Source: an uncultured Thermodesulfobacteriota bacterium
Lineage (GTDB): Bacteria; Desulfobacterota; Desulfarculia; G963662305
Direction: 5' to 3'
Assembly (NCBI GenBank): GCA_964634465.1
Contig: CAZWLY010000001.1
Span: forward strand, 195,967 to 259,966
DNA length: 64,000 nt
A program made the position numbers and the translations under genes. The notes beneath the pieces were generated by a model. It was not told the origin of the DNA, did no database searches, and saw only the letters and a list, made by a program, of their open reading frames with translations. Numbering within the stretch: position 1 is the stretch's first letter; the number at the start of each line of letters is the position of its first letter. This document shows positions 28,038 to 35,338 of the stretch, piece by piece.

Positions 28038-28661
28038 CTACGCCGCCGTTTCGGCGTGGAGCTCGGTGGAGGTTATCTCCAGGAGCAAATCGCCCCTCAG
28101 CCCGGTGGCCGCTTCCAACAGACCGCGGCCGGCCAGCCTCAGCCGCGATCCGGCCTTGAGCCAGGCCGGCAGGCGAACGTTCAGGGTCTTGACTCGTTCC
28201 AGGCGGCCCCGGCCCCGGCACTTCCGGCAGGGTTTGACCAGATAGCTCAACCTCGACCACGACCAGCGCTCGACGCTCCCACCGCCCTGGCAGGCCGGAC
28301 AGGTCTGGTCGTGGCGGTGGGGGAGGGCGGCCAGGCCGCCGCCGTCGGCCAAATCGACGTCCAGCCGGTAGACGACGTCGAGTCCGTCGGTCTCGATGTC
28401 GCGGAGGCGCCAGTCGAGCCGATGCGGCGCCGGTTCAGATTTGTCGTCAGGCCGGATGAGAGCCCTGAACTCGGCCATGGCCAAAACCGCGGCGTAGGCC
28501 CGCTTGAGCTCCTCGAATCGCTCGGCCGCGTCTGAACGCTTGGGGTTGCGATCGGGATGGAGGGTCAGGGCCAAGCGGCGGTAGGCCCGCTTGACCTCGG
28601 CCGGCGAGGCCAGTTCATCGACGCCCAAGAGCCGGTAGCTCTGGTTTAGGTCTTGAACCAT
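28038..28661 (-). CDS. J-domain protein (mini-DnaJ with one Zn-finger-like CxxCxGxG pair)
   Basis: 207-aa ORF with a J domain (YRLLGVDELASPAEVKRAYRRLALTLHPDRNP), then CPACQGGG ... CRKCRGRG and a short DnaJ-CTD-like tail. A GGGAGGGAG Shine-Dalgarno lies upstream. Confidence 0.8.
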   Translation of the reverse strand: MVQDLNQSYRLLGVDELASPAEVKRAYRRLALTLHPDRNPKRSDAAERFEELKRAYAAVLAMAEFRALIRPDDKSEPAPHRLDWRLRDIETDGLDVVYRLDVDLADGGGLAALPHRHDQTCPACQGGGSVERWSWSRLSYLVKPCRKCRGRGRLERVKTLNVRLPAWLKAGSRLRLAGRGLLEAATGLRGDLLLEITSTELHAETAA

Positions 28662-28709
28662 CTCTCCCTCCCCTGCTTCAGATTGGATTAAGGTCTCGCT
28701 TTAGGTTTG

Positions 28710-28725
28710 AGCAATTGGCATGCCA
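28710..28725 (-). promoter_or_regulatory. Sigma54 (-24/-12) promoter TGGCAT-N5-TTGCT upstream of the J-domain gene
   Basis: The reverse complement of 28710-28727 is TTTGGCATGCCAATTGCT. Against the consensus TGGCAC-N5-TTGCW this is 10 of 11 fixed positions, with the invariant GG and GC and exact spacing. It sits ~50 nt upstream of ATG 28661. Confidence 0.55.
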
Positions 28726-28862
28726 AATATTCAACTAGCTGATTTAACTGGTTAATAGCCAAACGACCTCTGCGAGAATCGTGACCCGGGCTTCACACCG
28801 GGCGGCTTCGCCGGTTTTGGCGAGGACGAATAGTCTGGTGAGATCAAATGGTTAGGCGGCGA

Positions 28863-28949
28863 GTGCGCACCAAAATGCACACTGGTGCTCGGACTTGCGC
28901 ACCGGATGGCCGGCTGCTCGGGCGATTTGTTCCGGCAGGTTGCACCGAG
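28863..28949. promoter_or_regulatory. Candidate enhancer (UAS) sites for a sigma54 activator
   Basis: TGCGCACC occurs at 28864-28871 and again at 28896-28903 (32 nt apart). There is an inverted repeat GCACCA-N10-TGGTGC (28867-28888) and TTGCACC at 28940-28946. These lie 140-230 bp upstream of the -24/-12 element. NtrC-type sites are TGCACC-like. Confidence 0.35.
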
Positions 28950-29185
28950 CTCCAGTCCTGGATATCTTGGGCCGGGCCGAAGCCGGGTTTCGAGTCCTCT
29001 CTTTCGCTCTACCTTTCGTGGCTCGACCTGGTATCATCGAGGGGTAATATGACCTTGGAAGTCCGGGAGAAGGGCGGTCCAGGTCCTGGCCGATGGATCG
29101 GAGCGGGCGGCGACGGCTGCGGACAGTACGGTTCGACCACGCTGTGAGCAGCGGTTCGGCGGAGCCGGTTCGAACACAACATCTA

Positions 29186-29214
29186 TTGACTTTGACTTGT
29201 AAAAAGACTATATC
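29186..29214 (+). promoter_or_regulatory. Putative sigma70 promoter of ftsK (TTGACT-17 nt-TATATC); would give a leaderless mRNA
   Basis: TTGACT at 29186-29191 and TATATC at 29209-29214, followed by exactly 6 nt and then ATG 29221. No Shine-Dalgarno sequence. Confidence 0.35.
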
Positions 29215-29220
29215 TGGGCC

Positions 29221-31425
29221 ATGAAACGTCGGAAATCCAGGAAGCCCGCCGCGTCGGTGGGACGGGAGGCGGCCGGGGTGTTCCTGCTCGGCTTGGCCGT
29301 GCTGGTGTTGGCCGCCCTGGTTTCGTTCCATCCCCTGGACCCGGCGCCGGGCCAGTCGGTGGGGCTCAACGCCCCGGTCAAGAACTGGATCGGCCTCTTT
29401 GGGGCCTACCTGGCCGGCTTCCTGGTCGCTTTGCTCGGCCTGGCCGCGCTGTGGACACCGGCCCTGCTGGGCTGGTACGGCGTCCGTTTCTTCTCCAAGA
29501 GCTTTGAACGGCCGAGTCTGGCCACCGCCGTCGGCTTGGCGCTCTTGATTCCGGCCACGGCCGGGCTGATCGGCCTCGTCTGGCCCAAGCTCACCTGGCA
29601 CGCCGAGCCCCTGGCCGCCGGCGGCGCGGTCGGGGCCATCCTGGCCGGGGCGCTGGCCCAGTGGTTGAAGACCTTTGGCGCGGTCTTGGTGCTTCTGGCC
29701 ACGGCGGTCATCGGGTTGATGCTGGCCGCCGACTTCTCCCTGGCCGCGCTCATCGAGGCCGCCCGGACCAGGGGCGGCTCGTTTTTCGGCCGTCTGGCCA
29801 CGGCCAAGATCAGGATCAGGGAGAAGCGCCGCAAGGCCGCCTCGCCCCGGATGAAAAGGCTGAAAGAGCAGTTGGAGGAGGCCCCGGAGCGGATCGAGAT
29901 CAGCTTCCCGCCGCCGCCTCCGCTGCCCAAGCCCCGCCAGGAGCAGTTCGAGTTCATGGCCCAGATGGGCGACTACCAGACGCCGCCGCTCTCCCTTTTG
30001 GACGCCGCCGCCCAGGATTACCGGCCGCCCGACGCCAAGAGCCTGGAGCGTTCGTCGCAGCTTTTGGAGAAGAAGCTGTTCGACTTCGGCGTCGAGGGCC
30101 AGGTCCAGGCGGTCCATCCCGGCCCGGTGATCACCATGTACGAGTTCGCTCCGGCGCCGGGGGTCAAGATAGCCAAGATCGCCAACCTGGCCGACGACCT
30201 GGCCTTGGCGCTTCGGGCTTCGGCCATCCGCATCGTCGCCCCCCTGCCGGGCAAGGGCTGCATCGGCATCGAGATCCCCCATCCCCGGCGGGAGACGGTG
30301 GCTTTGAAGGAGCTTCTGGCCGGGGAGGCCTACCAGGACATGAAGGGCGGCCTGCCCCTGGTCTTGGGCAAGGACATCGTCGGCCAGCCGGTGATCACCG
30401 ACCTGACGGCCATGCCCCACCTCTTGATCGCCGGCGCCACCGGATCGGGCAAGTCGGTCTGCCTCAACGCCATGTTGATGTCGATCCTCTTCAAAGCCGC
30501 GCCCGAGGACGTGCGCCTGTTGATGATCGATCCCAAGCGGATCGAACTCAACATGTACGACGGCATGCCCCATCTGCTCCATCCGGTCCTGACCGACCCC
30601 AAGAGCGCCACCAAGGCGCTCAGGTGGGCCGTCTACGAGATGGAGCGACGCTACGACATCCTGGCCCGGGCCAACGTCCGCTCCATCGAGTCGTTCAACC
30701 GGAAAAGGCCGAAGATGCCCAAGAGCGTGGTCGAGGCCGGCGAGGACCGCGAAGCGCTGCCCGAGCGGCTGCCCTACATCGTCATCATCATCGACGAGCT
30801 GGCCGATCTGATGATGGTCTCCTCGCGGGATGTGGAGGAATCGATCACCCGCCTGGCCCAGATGGCCCGGGCGGCCGGCATCCACCTCGTCCTGGCCACC
30901 CAGCGGCCCAGCGTGGACGTCTTGACCGGGGTGATCAAGGCCAACTTCCCGACCCGGATCGCCTTCCAGGTCGCCTCCAAGATCGACTCGCGGACCATCC
31001 TCGATCAAAACGGGGCCGAAAATCTTCTCGGCCGGGGCGACATGCTGTTCATGCCGCCCGGCGTGGCCAAGCTGATGCGGGTCCACGGCGCCTTTGTCAG
31101 CGACGCCGAGGTGAAGCGGGTGACCGATTTTCTCCGCAGCCAGGGCCGGCCCGAGTACGAGACCGACATCATGGAGATCGGCCGGACGGCCAAGGTCAAG
31201 GGCGCGGTCGAGGAGGAGGTGGACGAGCTCTACCGGGAGGCGGTGGCCATCGTCCTGGAGTCGGGCAAGGCCTCCATCTCCATGGTCCAGCGAAAGCTTC
31301 GCGTCGGCTACAACCGGGCCGCCCGGATGATCGAGCAGATGGCGATCGACGGCCTCGTCTCCGAGCCGGACCACACCAACCAGCGCCAGGTGTTGGCCCG
31401 GCCCGGCGACTTGCCGGAGGTGTAG
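29221..31425 (+). CDS. ftsK: DNA translocase FtsK
   Basis: 734-aa ORF with N-terminal TM helices, a Walker A (LIAGATGSGKSV), IIIDELADLMM, ATQRPSVDV, and a C-terminal gamma domain (ISMVQRKLRVGYNRAARMIEQM). Confidence 0.95.
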   Translation: MKRRKSRKPAASVGREAAGVFLLGLAVLVLAALVSFHPLDPAPGQSVGLNAPVKNWIGLFGAYLAGFLVALLGLAALWTPALLGWYGVRFFSKSFERPSLATAVGLALLIPATAGLIGLVWPKLTWHAEPLAAGGAVGAILAGALAQWLKTFGAVLVLLATAVIGLMLAADFSLAALIEAARTRGGSFFGRLATAKIRIREKRRKAASPRMKRLKEQLEEAPERIEISFPPPPPLPKPRQEQFEFMAQMGDYQTPPLSLLDAAAQDYRPPDAKSLERSSQLLEKKLFDFGVEGQVQAVHPGPVITMYEFAPAPGVKIAKIANLADDLALALRASAIRIVAPLPGKGCIGIEIPHPRRETVALKELLAGEAYQDMKGGLPLVLGKDIVGQPVITDLTAMPHLLIAGATGSGKSVCLNAMLMSILFKAAPEDVRLLMIDPKRIELNMYDGMPHLLHPVLTDPKSATKALRWAVYEMERRYDILARANVRSIESFNRKRPKMPKSVVEAGEDREALPERLPYIVIIIDELADLMMVSSRDVEESITRLAQMARAAGIHLVLATQRPSVDVLTGVIKANFPTRIAFQVASKIDSRTILDQNGAENLLGRGDMLFMPPGVAKLMRVHGAFVSDAEVKRVTDFLRSQGRPEYETDIMEIGRTAKVKGAVEEEVDELYREAVAIVLESGKASISMVQRKLRVGYNRAARMIEQMAIDGLVSEPDHTNQRQVLARPGDLPEV

Positions 31426-31427
31426 GT

Positions 31428-32114
31428 TTGAAGTCGGCCTGGCGAACCATAGCTGCGGCGCTGGTCTTGGCCCTGGTTCTGGGCCCCGGCCTTCTCCGGG
31501 CCGACGAGGCGGCCGACGAGGCGCTCGAGCTGGTCAAGAAGGTCAGCCGGCTCTACGGCGAGGCGGTCGGCTTCCGGGCCAACTACACCCTCCAGGCCAA
31601 GACGGCCAGGATGGCCGGCCAGGGCGGCGGGCTGGAGGAGCGGACCTCCTCGGGGCGGATCGTCTTCGCCCGGCCGGACAAGCTGAGGATGCTTCAGGAG
31701 AAGCCCAAAGAGGAGGAGGTGGTCTACTCTCCGGAGGGCTACTGGTGGTACTCCAGCGAGCTCAAGGAGGCCCATCGTTTCCCGATCGGGGATGTGGCCG
31801 GCACGGTCAAGCCGTTCGTCAGCTTCTTCGCCGGCTTGGAAAAAGCCCGGAAGTGGTTCGAGATCCAACGGATGGTCGGCGGCGACAAGGGCGACAACAG
31901 GGCGGTCAAGCTGGTGCCCCAGTCGATGAAGATGGGTCTCAACCGTATCGAGGTCTTGATTACACCCCGGGGCGAGATCGCCGAGGTGACCATCCACTCG
32001 CTCCTCGGCGAAACCTACCACTACATCTTCAGCGATCTCGAGCTGCTCGACGAACCGCCGGACGAGGGCTTCTTTTTCACGCCGCCCACCGGGACCAAGG
32101 TCGTCTACCACTAG
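31428..32114 (+). CDS. LolA-like outer-membrane lipoprotein carrier/sorting protein
   Basis: TTG 31428 lies 7 nt after GGAGG and 3 nt after the ftsK stop, in frame with ORF-track entry 29661..32114. It has a signal peptide (WRTIAAALVLALVLGPGLLRA) and a LolA-like pattern (GRIVFARPDKLRM...YSPEGYWWYSSEL). The ftsK-lolA order is common. Confidence 0.7.
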   Translation: MKSAWRTIAAALVLALVLGPGLLRADEAADEALELVKKVSRLYGEAVGFRANYTLQAKTARMAGQGGGLEERTSSGRIVFARPDKLRMLQEKPKEEEVVYSPEGYWWYSSELKEAHRFPIGDVAGTVKPFVSFFAGLEKARKWFEIQRMVGGDKGDNRAVKLVPQSMKMGLNRIEVLITPRGEIAEVTIHSLLGETYHYIFSDLELLDEPPDEGFFFTPPTGTKVVYH

Positions 32115-32383
32115 CGTCTCGCCTCGGAAATGGTTTATGAGCTCAAACGGCCGGGCCGGCTCTTCGATCGGGGGGAAACACCGGGGTCGCCCGCGATCCG
32201 TCCCCAACCCGACCCGGCGAGGGACGACCAATCGGCCGTTGAAAGCCTAAGGACGGGGACCGGCGGCCTGAAAGGGCGACTTGCGGACCACGATCGGAAA
32301 GTCGCCCCGGTTGAAGGAAGCCGCCTTACGGACCAGCCGGACCGATCGATTCGGCGGGGCCGGCATCACGGCAAGGAAAACTG

Positions 32384-32806
32384 GTGATGGAGTTTTCGCG
32401 TCAAGACCTGGAACGCCTCAACGACAACTCGCTCTATCGCCTGGTGGGCATCGTCGTCGATGAGGTCGAGGACGGCCGGGCGCGCTCGCGCTTGAGGCCC
32501 AATCCGGACCTCTGCTGGCCCTTCGAGGAGCAGCCCCACGGCGGGGTGCTGTTTACCCTGATGGACACGACCATGGCCTGGGCGGTCCTGACCAAAATCG
32601 AAAAGGGCAACAGTTGCGCCACCATCGACCTGGACATCCACTACACCAGGCCGGCCAGGGGAGAGCTGTACACCTGTTCGGCCTGGGTCACCCACCAGGC
32701 CGGCCGGACCATCTTTGCCCGGGCGGACATCCTCGATGAAGGCGGCCGTCTGGTGGCGGCGGGGCAGGCCGTCTTCCGGGTGGTGAAGACGCCGTTCGAC
32801 GCTTGA
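32384..32806 (+). CDS. PaaI-family hotdog-fold thioesterase
   Basis: 140-aa ORF (HGGVLFTLMDTTMAWAV...ATIDLDIHYTRPA...GRTIFARADILDEGGRLVAAGQAVF). Confidence 0.8.
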   Translation: MMEFSRQDLERLNDNSLYRLVGIVVDEVEDGRARSRLRPNPDLCWPFEEQPHGGVLFTLMDTTMAWAVLTKIEKGNSCATIDLDIHYTRPARGELYTCSAWVTHQAGRTIFARADILDEGGRLVAAGQAVFRVVKTPFDA

Positions 32807-32911
32807 GCGGGCCGGCTGTTTCCTTGCCGTGGCGGGGCCGGCCGGAGACGGTTGACTTCACCGAACATGGGCCGCGGCGGCGCAACCGCCGTCGGCTCGA
32901 CGCCAAAGCGG

Positions 32912-32940
32912 TTGACCCGGCATCGTCGATGTGGCATAAA
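32912..32940 (+). promoter_or_regulatory. Putative sigma70 promoter of infA (TTGACC-17 nt-CATAAA)
   Basis: TTGACC at 32912-32917 and CATAAA at 32935-32940. AAGGAGG precedes the TTG start at 32989. Confidence 0.3.
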
Positions 32941-32988
32941 CCAAGCGGGCGAACTGGTTAGCGACAACTCATCAATAAAGGAGGCAAG

Positions 32989-33207
32989 TTGGCTCGGGAC
33001 GATTTGATTCAATTGGAAGGGGAGGTGACCCGCACCTTCGGCGGCGGAACCATGGAGGTACTCCTGGACAACGGCGTGTCCATCCGCGCCGTCCTGTCTG
33101 GACGGATGAAGAAGTTCCGGATCAAGGTGCTGGTCGGCGACCGCGTCCGGGTGGCCGTCTCACCCTACGACCCGACCCACGGCCTCATCACCTACCGGCT
33201 CAAGTAG
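32989..33207 (+). CDS. infA: Translation initiation factor IF-1
   Basis: 72-aa ORF (IQLEGEVTRTFGGGTMEVLLDNGVSIRAVLSGRMKKFRIKVLVGDRVRVAVSPYDPTHGLITYRLK), canonical IF-1 with a TTG start. Confidence 0.95.
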   Translation: MARDDLIQLEGEVTRTFGGGTMEVLLDNGVSIRAVLSGRMKKFRIKVLVGDRVRVAVSPYDPTHGLITYRLK

Positions 33208-33233
33208 GCTCCACTCTCGGCCGGGTTCGCCCC

Positions 33234-33577
33234 TCAGCGGACCCGGGCCAGGGTTTCATCCAGCCAATCCAAGATGCGCTGATTGGAGAACGCCATCGCG
33301 CCCACCTGGCAGTGCTGGGAGGCCCAGCCCTGGGCGCTGAAGCGCATCAGCCGTTGATGCCGGCCCCGCCCGAGGCGGTGTAGCCGATCGCCCGCCGGAA
33401 CTCGAAATCGAAGCTGGGGTCGTTGAAAGCGATCTTGCGGCTGGCCGCCGCCGATTTCCCCGCCGACGAATCGGCGGCGGCCGCAGCTCGATTCGAGCCC
33501 AAGACGGCCCAAGCACTCGCCAGCGTCACGGCGATCAACACCGAGCCCAGAACCCTTCCTCGCCCAATGGACCTCAT
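33234..33577 (-). pseudogene. Remnant of an alpha/beta-hydrolase gene (N-terminal ~75 aa fused out of frame to the last ~35 aa)
   Basis: Frame 1 (33347..33577) gives a signal peptide plus FNDPSFDFEFRRAIGYTASGGAGING and then stops. Another frame continues with ...HCQVGAMAFSNQRILDWLDETLARVR. Both pieces resemble the two ends of a ~330-aa hydrolase family as I remember it; the middle is missing. Confidence 0.45.
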
Positions 33578-33603
33578 CGGCGCCTCCTTGCCGGTCGGTC
33601 GAA

Positions 33604-33729
33604 CCCCGCGGGGGGGTCATCTCTCACGGGGAGCATCTCCCGCGGGGGGCATTCCCCCCAGCTTGCGGCGAAGAAGAGCCACTCCGCATCTGTTGTCGAT
33701 ACCCCGTCGCTTGCGGCGGGGTTGTTCAT
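33604..33729 (+). repeat. Dispersed modular palindromic repeat, copy B
   Basis: Three GGGGG-N-CAT-YCCC modules followed by the core gcttgcggcgaagaagagccactccgcatctgttgtcgataccccgtcgcttgcggcggggttgttcat. Intergenic. Confidence 0.8.
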
Positions 33730-33783
33730 GAGGTCGCTTTCTCGCCCCTCGCTTCCCGGGTGGGGACGGCGAGCCAGCGCCGT

Positions 33784-35286
33784 CTACTTGGGCACCAGAC
33801 TGATCTGGATCGTCTCCGGTCCGACCTGAACGACGTTGACGAAGAAGGTCGGGTAGTCCTGGGATTCCAGCAGGTCGGCCAGCTTCTGGGTGGTGGTCAA
33901 AAGCTTGGCCTTGAAGGTGGCCGTGCCGGCCTTGATCGACTGCTGGCGGACGTCCTGGATCTGGTCCGGGAACCGGGCCAAAGCGTTCAGGAAGAACTTG
34001 AGGTCCAGGTAACGCTTGACCCCCTCCACCTGGATCTGGGCCGTGATCGGCTTGACCGGCAGGACCCAGCCGTTGTCCTCCAGCCCCTTGGCCAAGAGAT
34101 CGGCCAGGCGGATACCGGCCTCTCCGGCCGGAACCGGCGGCGGCCAGACGTCCGGGTCGCCCAAGGGCGGCATGACCGGCGAGAGGGCCACCGTCTCCTT
34201 GAGAGGCGCTCGGGTGAGGCTGACCTCCACCGCTTCGGTCTGCGGCGGCGGGCCGGGCTGGAACCCAATCGGCGTGGCCGGGGTCGGCTCGGCCGTCGGT
34301 TCTGTGATTGGCGACGCGGCCGTCGGCTCCCCAACCGGTTTCTCGGTCGGCGTGGCCGCCGTGACTTCTCCCGCCGGCGCTTCGCTCGGCGTGGCCGGAG
34401 CCGGTTCGGCGAGTGGTGTCTCAATCGGAGTCGCGGCCGCGACCTCGCCTGCCGGCGCCTCGGTCGGCGTGGCCGCCGTCGGCTCGCTCTGAGGCCGCAG
34501 CGGCATCGGCGGCAGCACCGGCTCGGGGATGGCCAGCTCCAGCGGGCCCGACTGGACCTGGCCGTCGATGGAGTCGATGATCCGAACCGCGGCCCGGACC
34601 GCCCGGCCGTCCGGGGTGTCCATCTCCACGATTTTGCCGATCAAGACCAGCTCGGCCCCGTAATGCCGGCCCATGGCCGCCGCCTGCTCCGGCGTGGGCT
34701 CCAGGTCGGCCGGCAGGGGGCTCTCCACGTCCTGGGGCAAGACGGTCAGGCCCAGTTCGGTCAGCCGGGTCAGGAGAGCGGTCACGGCCTGGCTTGGGGG
34801 CGGGGTCAGGCCGGGGGTGATCCACCAGGCGAAGGGTTCGCCCATACCGTCCTGGACGCTTATCAGCGGCAACAGCTTCAGCTTGAGGCTGCTTCGGCCC
34901 AGACCCAGGCCGGCCAGGGCGGCCTTGAGCGCCTGGGTGTTGACGTCGGCCTCGACCAGAACGAACATCCGCTCCGCGGTCTCGGTCTGGGCCTTGATCC
35001 TGAAGTCCTGGATGTAGGGCGTGGGGTCGGTCAGGATCGGTTTGGCCAAAAGCGTCAGCGAGCCTTCGAGGCGCTTGACGCCCAGCACCTTGGCCAAGGC
35101 CTGGGCCACCACCGAACGCAGCGCTTGGGCCACGGCCAGCTCCTGGACGGTGGCCTCGGCTTCTTCTTGGGCCAGGGCGGCCGAGCCGAGGGCGGTGACC
35201 GACGCCGCCCGGCACTCGGCGGTGAAGGCGGCCGGGGCGAGGACGAGAATCAGGCTCAGGATGACGAGGGCAAAACGACGAATCAC
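33784..35286 (-). CDS. Hypothetical secreted protein with a central Pro/Thr/Glu/Ala-rich repeat linker
   Basis: 500-aa ORF with a signal peptide (MIRRFALVILSLILVLAPAAFTA), globular N- and C-terminal regions, and a central linker (EPTAATPTEAPAGEVAAATPIETPLAEPAPATPSEAPAGEVTAATPTEKPVGEPTAASPITEPTAEPTPATP). No family recognised with confidence. Confidence 0.65.
   Translation of the reverse strand: MIRRFALVILSLILVLAPAAFTAECRAASVTALGSAALAQEEAEATVQELAVAQALRSVVAQALAKVLGVKRLEGSLTLLAKPILTDPTPYIQDFRIKAQTETAERMFVLVEADVNTQALKAALAGLGLGRSSLKLKLLPLISVQDGMGEPFAWWITPGLTPPPSQAVTALLTRLTELGLTVLPQDVESPLPADLEPTPEQAAAMGRHYGAELVLIGKIVEMDTPDGRAVRAAVRIIDSIDGQVQSGPLELAIPEPVLPPMPLRPQSEPTAATPTEAPAGEVAAATPIETPLAEPAPATPSEAPAGEVTAATPTEKPVGEPTAASPITEPTAEPTPATPIGFQPGPPPQTEAVEVSLTRAPLKETVALSPVMPPLGDPDVWPPPVPAGEAGIRLADLLAKGLEDNGWVLPVKPITAQIQVEGVKRYLDLKFFLNALARFPDQIQDVRQQSIKAGTATFKAKLLTTTQKLADLLESQDYPTFFVNVVQVGPETIQISLVPK
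34262..34490 (-). repeat. Imperfect tandem coding repeats (PTEA-rich linker)
   Basis: Recurrent ctcggtcggcgtggccgccgt / cccgccggcgc blocks at roughly 80-nt spacing inside the 33784..35286 CDS. Confidence 0.6.
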
Positions 35287-35338
35287 CGGGGTGCTGTCTC
35301 CTGTAATCGGCTGCTTGAGGTTGGCAAGGGAGGCGACA

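Noticed and set aside
28985-28997. tRNA/tmRNA-like T-arm GGGTTTCGAGTCC; also GGGTTCGAGTC at 60853-60863
   Set aside because: The flanks do not form T-stem, acceptor or anticodon stems, and there is no tag-peptide frame or CCA-proximal acceptor pairing. The 60.85-kb case is just part of a TCGAAC-GG-GTTCGA palindrome.
29057-29067. RNase P RNA P4-like string GGAAGTCCGGG
   Set aside because: None of the other universally conserved RNase P segments (for example the ACAGAACCCGGCUUA-type 3' strand) is nearby in the right order. The available non-coding space before ftsK is too short for a ~350-nt RNA.
28848-29147. 99-aa + strand ORF in the ftsK upstream gap
   Set aside because: It has no Shine-Dalgarno sequence and an Arg/Gly/Trp/Cys-rich, non-protein-like composition. 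It overlaps the putative sigma54 enhancer region.
28852-31374. 840-aa minus-strand ORF and the 817-aa + strand alternative frame 29661..32114
   Set aside because: Both overlap ftsK, which has clear Walker motifs and a gamma domain. Their composition is Arg/Gly/Pro/Asp-dominated. Only the last 228 codons of the 29661..32114 frame are real (the LolA-like gene from TTG 31428).
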